In this document: positions 57,848 through 64,000 of the stretch, in pieces
How the letters are laid out: the number at the start of each line of letters is the position of its first letter
Position numbering within the stretch: position 1 is the first letter of the stretch
Source: an uncultured Gammaproteobacteria bacterium
Lineage (GTDB): Bacteria > Pseudomonadota > Gammaproteobacteria > JASBUN01
Length of the DNA stretch: 64,000 bases
Reading direction: 5' to 3'
Assembly (NCBI GenBank): GCA_963849825.1
Contig: CAWKIK010000002.1
Location: 19,416 to 83,415, forward strand
The notes under the pieces: model-generated
What the model was told of the DNA's origin: nothing
Database searches by the model: none
The model's input: only the letters and a program-made list of their open reading frames with translations
Made by a program: the position numbers and the translations under genes

Positions 57848-59548
57848 ATGTCCACGGATACATCTTTCATAGACGACTTACCGCACCACACGGCTGACGG
57901 TCGCGCCCGCGTACAAGCGCTATCCGCGCATGCGGCATTGCATCCGGAAAATGTGACCACCGTCGATTACCGTTCCCGCGGCAATCTACTGCTGATCGGC
58001 GACCCGAAACGCGCGATCGCGAGCGCCCAGCAGCTCGGAGAACGCCTGCACTGTGTCATCCTGGCGGAACCCGTAGTCACGGGGTTAGCGCACACCGCGG
58101 ACGTCACGATGCTGCAAGGACGCTTGCAGCAATTGAGTGGTCACCTCGGGCGATTCTCCGCCACTGTGCAAGTGGATGGTCGCGAATTCAACCCCGCCCA
58201 TTTATGCCCGAACGCACCTGCGTATTTCGATCTGGTGCTCGATCTGAGTGCTCATCCGGCGATCAGTAGCGAAATACCTCCGCTCGGTTATTTCGCACCG
58301 CGCACCGAGGACGATTTGCAGCGCGCGTTGGCGGACCTTCCCGAGCTGGTGGGTGAATTCGAAAAGCCGCGCTTTTTTCAGTACGATCCGGCGATATGCG
58401 CCCATGGCCGTAGCGGGCTGGAGGGCTGTCATCGATGCATCGATGCCTGTCCGACCCAAGCCATCACCTCCCTCAAAGAACGGATCGAAGTCGACCCATA
58501 CCTGTGCCAGGGTGGCGGAAGTTGCGCGACTGCTTGCCCAAGCGGCGCAATCACCTACAACTACCCCTCCGCGGACGAGGTCATCGAGGTCTTGCGAGCG
58601 ACGCTGCGCGAGTACCGCGAAAGCGGCGGCACAGACCCACAAGTGCTGTTCATCGACGCCAGCGCGGGCAGCGAGGCGTTCGCAGGACTGCGCGATCGCA
58701 TTCCGGAAAGCGTATTGCCATTTCAGGTGGAGGAAATCGGTTCCGTCGGAATGGAAGTATGGTTGTCCGCCATAGCGTACGGCGCGCGCCGGGTTGCGTT
58801 GCTGGCGACGCCCAGCGTGCCGTGTTCCGTGTTGCGGGAGTTGTCCCTGCAGCTCAGCTACGCGGGCGGCATTCTGGACGGACTCGGTTATCCGCGCTCG
58901 TTGCTGCAGCTCGTGGTAGCCGAAAGGGACGGGGAAGCGGCAGCGGCCATGCTCAACAGTTCCGCCGATGAGGTCTCGATTCCGCCGGCGTCATTCGCAG
59001 CACTCGCACGCAAGCGCGCCGCACTGCACATGGCGGTGGATCATTTGTACGGCTGTGCGCCGGATCCGCAAGCCGTTGCGGAACTGCCGGACGGCGCGCC
59101 GTTCGGTGCCATCGAGGTGGATACGAACGCATGCACCTTGTGCATGGCGTGCGTCTCGGTCTGTCCCGCCTCAGCGCTGTACGACGGTGACGACCGCCCG
59201 CAACTGCGGTTCGTGGAAGGCAATTGCGTCCAGTGTGGCTTGTGTCACGCGGCGTGCCCGGAAGATGCGATACGGCTGTTGCCGCGCATGGCTTATGAGC
59301 CCGACACCTATCGCCAGCAGCGCGTCCTGCATCAAGAGGATCCGTTTTGCTGCATCAACTGCGGCAAGCCGTTCGCCACCCAGGCGATCATGAAGCGAAT
59401 GACCGCCAAGCTTGCCGGGCATTGGATGTTCCAGGACGAGGTGGCCTTGCGCCGCCTGCAAATGTGCGAGCAATGCCGGGTCGTCGATATGTTCACGGAC
59501 CCGAATACACCTGATCTTTCCAACAAACCGGGCCCGAGGCCCGGGTGA
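57848..59548 (+). CDS. multi-cluster 4Fe-4S ferredoxin-domain protein associated with formate dehydrogenase
   Basis: At least four CxxCxxCxxxCP-type motifs (CHRCIDACP, CQGGGSCATACP, CTLCMACVSVCP, CVQCGLCHAACP) plus a C-terminal CCINCGKPF...CEQC module. GGGAGGA RBS before ATG 57848. Confidence 0.75.
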   Translation: MSTDTSFIDDLPHHTADGRARVQALSAHAALHPENVTTVDYRSRGNLLLIGDPKRAIASAQQLGERLHCVILAEPVVTGLAHTADVTMLQGRLQQLSGHLGRFSATVQVDGREFNPAHLCPNAPAYFDLVLDLSAHPAISSEIPPLGYFAPRTEDDLQRALADLPELVGEFEKPRFFQYDPAICAHGRSGLEGCHRCIDACPTQAITSLKERIEVDPYLCQGGGSCATACPSGAITYNYPSADEVIEVLRATLREYRESGGTDPQVLFIDASAGSEAFAGLRDRIPESVLPFQVEEIGSVGMEVWLSAIAYGARRVALLATPSVPCSVLRELSLQLSYAGGILDGLGYPRSLLQLVVAERDGEAAAAMLNSSADEVSIPPASFAALARKRAALHMAVDHLYGCAPDPQAVAELPDGAPFGAIEVDTNACTLCMACVSVCPASALYDGDDRPQLRFVEGNCVQCGLCHAACPEDAIRLLPRMAYEPDTYRQQRVLHQEDPFCCINCGKPFATQAIMKRMTAKLAGHWMFQDEVALRRLQMCEQCRVVDMFTDPNTPDLSNKPGPRPG

Positions 59549-59704
59549 GCAAGATTGTCCCGGTGGGACCGACAAATGAGACATTTTGTCCAGCTTGGGC
59601 GAATCGCGCCGCGCGATCCCCGGAAACGTTCGGCGAATTGTTCCGTTGTTCGGTTCCTGTTGCCCCACACGCGGGCATAAGACTTGCTACCAGGTGCTAT
59701 AGCT

Positions 59705-60364
59705 ATGGCTTCAAGTCCTGAAATCAGTGTATCCCCTCCGCGAGCGCCGGCGTCTACCGCAGGCGGTTTGGATCCGATCGACGAATTGCGTGCCGATACC
59801 TACCGCTTTCTTGCGGCGCTGCTCGCGGCGCCCCCGAACGCCGAAGTGCTGGAAGTCGTCAAGCAGGCCGGGATCGGCGACGACGGCGCGCTCGGTCGGG
59901 ACGCAGTGCCCTTGGCCGAAGCCTGGCAGTTGTTGCGCCTGGCCGCCCGTAATTCCGAACCCGAGCGGTTGGATGACGAATATCACGACTTGTTCATCGG
60001 CATCGGCAGAGGCGAGTTGGTGCCCTATGCCTCGTGGTACTTGACCGGCTTCCTGATGGATCGCCCACTGGCGTATTTGCGCCAGGACCTGCGCTATCTG
60101 GGAATCGAGCGCCAGGAAGGCGTTTCCGAACCCGAGGATCACGCCGCCGCGCTGTGCGAGGCCATGCACGAAGTCATCCGTGCCCCGGAGGAGATTTCCC
60201 GGCAATGGCAACGAAAATTCTTTCAGGACCATATCGCCACCTGGATGGGATTGTTTTTTCGCGACCTGCAGCAAGCCCGCTGCGCATGCTTTTATTCGAC
60301 CGTAGGGCGGCTCGGAGAAGCGTTTATCGAACTTGAAGCCCGTTACTTGGATGTGCGGAGTTGA
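59705..60364 (+). CDS. TorD/DmsD-family redox enzyme maturation chaperone
   Basis: ~220-aa all-helical protein with a TorD-like core (YRFLAALLAAPP...DEYHDLFIGIGRGELVPYASWY). Positioned just upstream of the Tat-dependent FDH catalytic subunit. Confidence 0.7.
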   Translation: MASSPEISVSPPRAPASTAGGLDPIDELRADTYRFLAALLAAPPNAEVLEVVKQAGIGDDGALGRDAVPLAEAWQLLRLAARNSEPERLDDEYHDLFIGIGRGELVPYASWYLTGFLMDRPLAYLRQDLRYLGIERQEGVSEPEDHAAALCEAMHEVIRAPEEISRQWQRKFFQDHIATWMGLFFRDLQQARCACFYSTVGRLGEAFIELEARYLDVRS

Positions 60365-60384
60365 ACCGCGCGGAGGAGTTATCG

Positions 60385-60606
60385 ATGACAGCACCAACCG
60401 ACAAAGCTGGGCAAGGACGGCGCCGATTTCTCAAAGGCGTGATGGCGGTGGGCGGCACTACCGTGCTGGTCGCGGTGGGGCGCGAAGCCATGGTGGACGC
60501 CGAACCCGAGACGACGCTGCCAAAGGCGGACACAGCGCCGCAGCCCGATCAGGGATATCACGTCACGGCGCACATTGAGTCCTATTACGACAAGGCGCGG
60601 TTCTAG
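60385..60606 (+). CDS. formate-dehydrogenase-region small TAT-signal protein
   Basis: 73 aa with GQGRRRFLKGVMAVGGTTVLVAVG twin-arginine signal. GGAGGAG RBS before ATG 60385. Confidence 0.6.
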   Translation: MTAPTDKAGQGRRRFLKGVMAVGGTTVLVAVGREAMVDAEPETTLPKADTAPQPDQGYHVTAHIESYYDKARF

Positions 60607-60648
60607 AAACCCTGCCGCCTAATCGAAGATGCACGGGGAGATCGAGCG

Positions 60649-63561
60649 ATGAAGCTTATCCGCAAACGCGATCAAGACAGCCGCGCAACCGGCGCGGGAC
60701 CGGGAGCCGGCATGGGCGGCGATGGTATCGACCGGCGCACTTTTCTGCGGCGTTCCGGACTGGTGATGGGGGGTGCAGCGTTGGCCACCGGGCTGCCGTT
60801 GACGATGATGCGCAAAGCACGTGCCGCAGACACCGAAATGGGCCACCCTAAGCAGGGCGTCGAAACACAGGTGCGCCGCAGTATTTGTACCCATTGCTCC
60901 GTGGGTTGCGGTGTGGTCGCGGAAATCCAGAACGGTGTATGGGTCGGCCAGGAGCCGGATTTCGCATCGCCATTCAACCTCGGCGCGCACTGCGCCAAGG
61001 GCGCATCGGTACGTGAGCACGCGTCCGGCGACAAGCGGGTGAAATACCCGATGAAGCTCGAAAACGGGAAATGGAAACGCATCAGCTGGGATCAAGCGAT
61101 CAACGAGATCGGCGACAAGCTGCTCAAAATCCGCGAAGAGTCGGGACCGGATTCCCTGTGGTGGGCGGGTTCGTCGAAAGCCAGCAACGAAGGTTCGTAT
61201 CTGCAACGGAAATGGGCGGCGTTCTGGGGGTCCAACAACGTCGACCATCAAGCGCGTATCTGCCATTCCACCACGGTCGCCGGCGTAGCCAACACCTGGG
61301 GCTACGGTGCCATGACCAACTCCTACAACGACATGCACAACTGCAAGGCGATGATCTTCATCGGCAGCAATGCCGCCGAAGCGCACCCCGTCGCCATGCA
61401 GCATATTCTGCGCGCCAAGGAAAACGGCGCCAAGATGATCGTAGTGGATCCGCGTTTCACCCGTACTGCCGCCCATGCGGATCAACACATCCGCATCCGC
61501 CCTGGCACGGACGTGCCGTTCGTCTGGGGCCTGCTCTGGCACATCTTCCAGAACGGCTGGGAGGACAAGGAGTACATCCGCCAGCGCGTCTACGGCATGG
61601 ACAAGGTGCGCGAAGAGGTCAAGAAATGGGATCCGCGCACGGTTGAAGATGTCGCCGGCGTCCCCGAACAGGAAATGTTCCAGGCGGCCAAGACCATGGC
61701 TGAAAACCGCCCGGGAACGCTGGTCTGGTGCATGGGCGGCACCCAGCACCACATCGGCAACAACAACACCCGCGCTTATTGCGTATTCCAATTGGCGCTC
61801 GGCAATATCGGTGTATCGGGCGGCGGCGCCAACATCTTCCGCGGTCATGACAATGTGCAAGGCGCCACCGACGTCGGCCCCAACTGCCACACATTGCCGG
61901 CCTATTACGGGCTCTCGGAAGGGGCGTGGAAGCACTGGGCCAAAGTCTGGGATGTCGACTACGAGTGGCTGCGGAAGCGTTTCGACATGTCGAAGCAATA
62001 CGATTCCGGCGGCGGCAAGATGGCGTATAGCATGAACATCCCCGGCATGCCGGTGTCGCGTTGGATCGACGGCATATTGGAAGATAAGGCGAATCTCGCG
62101 CAAAAGGACAATGTGCGCGCGATTCTTTTCCAGGGCCACGCCGTCAACAGTCAGACCCGCGGTGTGGAAATGAAAAAGGCGCTGGAAAGCGACAAGTTGG
62201 AAATGGTGGTGGTGTCAGACCCGTATCCCACCGTGTTGTCGGTAATGAGCGACCGCAAAGACGGAGTCTATCTGCTGCCTACCTGCACGCAGTTCGAGCA
62301 AGACGGTTCGGTGACTGCGTCCAACCGCTCGCTGCAGTGGCGCGAAAAAGTGGTCGAGCCGCTGTTCGAATCGAAGCCGGATGCGGAAATTCTGTATGTG
62401 CTGGCCAAAAAGCTCGGCTTTGCCGACGAGATGTTCAAGCACATCAAAGTCGAGAACAACATGCCGAACCTCGAGGATACCCTGCGGGAAATCAACCGCG
62501 GCACCTGGACCATCGGCTACACCGGCCAGAGCCCCGAGCGTCTGAAATTGCAGATGCAGAACAAGCACACTTTCAATACCACGACGCTGCGGGCTGAGGG
62601 TGGGCCTTGTGATGGCGAGTACTACGGGCTGCCGTGGCCCTGTTGGGGCACACCGGAAATGAAACACCCCGGGACGCCGGTGTTATATGACCCGAGCAAA
62701 CCCGTGGCCGAGGGCGGCCTGACCTTTCGAGCTCGCTTTGGTGTCGAGCATGATGGTCAGACCTTGCTTGCCGAAGGCGTCTACAGCGCCGGTTCGGAAA
62801 TCAAAGATGGCTATCCGGAATTCACCGCCGACATGCTCAAGCAACTTGGTTGGTGGAATGATCTCACTGATGATGAGAAGAAGGCTGCCGAAGGTAAGAA
62901 CTGGAAAACCGATCTATCCGGCGGCATCCAGCGGGTCGCCATCAAGCATGGTTGCGCGCCGTTCGGAAACGCCAAAGCGCGGGCCGAGGTGTGGCAGTTC
63001 CCGGATCCGATTCCGATACATCGCGAACCGTTGTACACGCCGCGCTATGACCTGGTGGAGAAGTGGCCGACCTACGATGACCGCAAGTCGTTCTGGCGCC
63101 TACCCACGCTGTACGCCACGATTCAAGCGAAGGATTACTCCAAACAATTCCCGTTGGTGTTCACCAGCGGCCGCCTGGTCGAGTACGAAGGCGGTGGCGA
63201 GGAAACCCGCTCGAACAAATGGCTGGCGGAATTGCAGCAAAACATGTTCGTCGAGATCAACCCGGCCGACGCCAACGATCGCAGCGTCACCGACGGGCAA
63301 ATGGTTTGGATCGAGTCCCCCGAAGGCGGCAAGATCCTGGTGATGGCCATGGTCACGCCGCGAGTCGGGCGGGGGGTGATTTGGACGCCGTTCCATTTTG
63401 GCGGTTGGTTCCAGGGAGAGGATCTGAAGCCGAAGTATCCAGAGGGGACTGCGCCTTATGTACGCGGCGAGGCGTGCAATACGGCCACCACCTACGGCTA
63501 CGACTCGGTGACTCAGATGCAGGAGACCAAAGCCACGCTGTGCCAGATACGGCCCGCTTGA
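60649..63561 (+). CDS. fdnG: formate dehydrogenase (FdnG/FdoG-like) catalytic subunit, cysteine type, Tat-exported
   Basis: RRTFLRRSGLVMGGAALA Tat signal. N-terminal 4Fe-4S CTHCSVGCG...C. VDHQARICHSTTV places Cys where FdnG has Sec. 970 aa with no internal stop. ATG 60712 is a possible alternative start. Confidence 0.9.
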   Translation: MKLIRKRDQDSRATGAGPGAGMGGDGIDRRTFLRRSGLVMGGAALATGLPLTMMRKARAADTEMGHPKQGVETQVRRSICTHCSVGCGVVAEIQNGVWVGQEPDFASPFNLGAHCAKGASVREHASGDKRVKYPMKLENGKWKRISWDQAINEIGDKLLKIREESGPDSLWWAGSSKASNEGSYLQRKWAAFWGSNNVDHQARICHSTTVAGVANTWGYGAMTNSYNDMHNCKAMIFIGSNAAEAHPVAMQHILRAKENGAKMIVVDPRFTRTAAHADQHIRIRPGTDVPFVWGLLWHIFQNGWEDKEYIRQRVYGMDKVREEVKKWDPRTVEDVAGVPEQEMFQAAKTMAENRPGTLVWCMGGTQHHIGNNNTRAYCVFQLALGNIGVSGGGANIFRGHDNVQGATDVGPNCHTLPAYYGLSEGAWKHWAKVWDVDYEWLRKRFDMSKQYDSGGGKMAYSMNIPGMPVSRWIDGILEDKANLAQKDNVRAILFQGHAVNSQTRGVEMKKALESDKLEMVVVSDPYPTVLSVMSDRKDGVYLLPTCTQFEQDGSVTASNRSLQWREKVVEPLFESKPDAEILYVLAKKLGFADEMFKHIKVENNMPNLEDTLREINRGTWTIGYTGQSPERLKLQMQNKHTFNTTTLRAEGGPCDGEYYGLPWPCWGTPEMKHPGTPVLYDPSKPVAEGGLTFRARFGVEHDGQTLLAEGVYSAGSEIKDGYPEFTADMLKQLGWWNDLTDDEKKAAEGKNWKTDLSGGIQRVAIKHGCAPFGNAKARAEVWQFPDPIPIHREPLYTPRYDLVEKWPTYDDRKSFWRLPTLYATIQAKDYSKQFPLVFTSGRLVEYEGGGEETRSNKWLAELQQNMFVEINPADANDRSVTDGQMVWIESPEGGKILVMAMVTPRVGRGVIWTPFHFGGWFQGEDLKPKYPEGTAPYVRGEACNTATTYGYDSVTQMQETKATLCQIRPA

Positions 63562-63576
63562 GAGGAGTGACTGACC

Positions 63577-64000
63577 ATGGCACGAATGAAATTTCTTTGT
63601 GACGCGGAGCGCTGCATCGAGTGCAATGCTTGTGTGGTCGCCTGTAAAAACGAAAACGACGTTCCGTGGGGCGTCAATCGCCGCCGGGTGATCACGTTGC
63701 AGGACGGGCAGCCGGGCGAAAAATCGATTTCAGTCGCCTGCATGCACTGTACCGATGCACCGTGCGCTGCCGTTTGCCCGGTGGATTGTTTCTACACCAC
63801 CGCCGATGGCATCGTGCTGCATGACAAGGACTTGTGCATCGGTTGCGGCTACTGCTTCTACGCTTGCCCGTTCGGCGCACCGCAGTATCCACAAAAGGCG
63901 GCCTTCGGCGTCCGCGGCAAAATGGATAAGTGCACGTTTTGTGCGGGCGGTCCACTGCCGGACAATTCCGACGCGGAATACGAAAAGTACGGCTCCAACC
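63577..64000 (+). CDS. fdnH: formate dehydrogenase iron-sulfur (beta) subunit, 5' partial at window end
   Basis: MARMKFLCDAERCIECNACVVACKNEN...CMHCTDAPCAAVCP...CIGCGYCFYACPFGAP ferredoxin motifs. GAGGAG RBS. Runs off the window. Confidence 0.85.
   Translation, partial: MARMKFLCDAERCIECNACVVACKNENDVPWGVNRRRVITLQDGQPGEKSISVACMHCTDAPCAAVCPVDCFYTTADGIVLHDKDLCIGCGYCFYACPFGAPQYPQKAAFGVRGKMDKCTFCAGGPLPDNSDAEYEKYGSN

Noticed and set aside
60649-63561. Expected in-frame TGA selenocysteine in the FDH alpha subunit
   Set aside because: The frame is continuous and the Sec-equivalent position is Cys (RICHSTT). No recoding is needed.

Overview
This is a high-GC (roughly 65%) proteobacterial chromosome segment that is mostly core genome, with two tRNA-associated accessory islands and several unusual loci. 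From 5' to 3': dnaQ; a complete group-2 Mrp antiporter operon (mrpA/B-fusion through mrpG, minus strand); gltX; tRNA-Ala(GGC) followed by a ~6.7 kb decaying integrative island (8314-15022). That island is bounded by a 48-nt direct repeat of the tRNA 3' end and has an AT-rich leader, a frameshifted serine recombinase, a sulfotransferase, an iteron-like repeat array, an AlpA regulator and a tyrosine integrase split over three frames. Next come secreted proteins of unclear role (LTD/PEP-CTERM-like, DUF1540, PRC-barrel+EF-hand), a KefB-like CPA2 antiporter, YihY/BrkB and a PAP2 phosphatase. Then pstSCAB on the minus strand with two Pho boxes and no phoU, HiPIP, an AI-2E transporter, and a 0.9 kb apparently non-coding gap holding a sigma-70 region-4-like mini-ORF. 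The most unusual metabolic locus is TauE/SafE, a HutC-type GntR regulator, twin AT-rich palindromic operators, a BetC-like sulfatase, TRAP dctPQM and two-subunit aconitase X (30093-37085). A second island lies at tRNA-Val(CAC) (37674-42541, ~51-nt direct repeats): a lower-GC MBOAT gene plus a periplasmic partner gene sit between two fragments of a decayed IS3-family orfA. Downstream are a YegS-like lipid kinase, a DUF1206 protein, DegP/HtrA, cydAB, and a Moco biosynthesis and formate dehydrogenase maturation cluster (HTH-PBP regulator, fdhD, moaA, moaB, moeA, mobA). The window ends with a sigma54-regulated formate dehydrogenase operon: NtrC-family activator, DUF6494, a strong -24/-12 promoter, DUF3305, DUF3306, a multi-[4Fe-4S] ferredoxin, a TorD-like chaperone, a small TAT-signal protein, Cys-type FdnG, and FdnH (partial). 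All calls rest on reading the translations and the DNA directly; no database searches were run.
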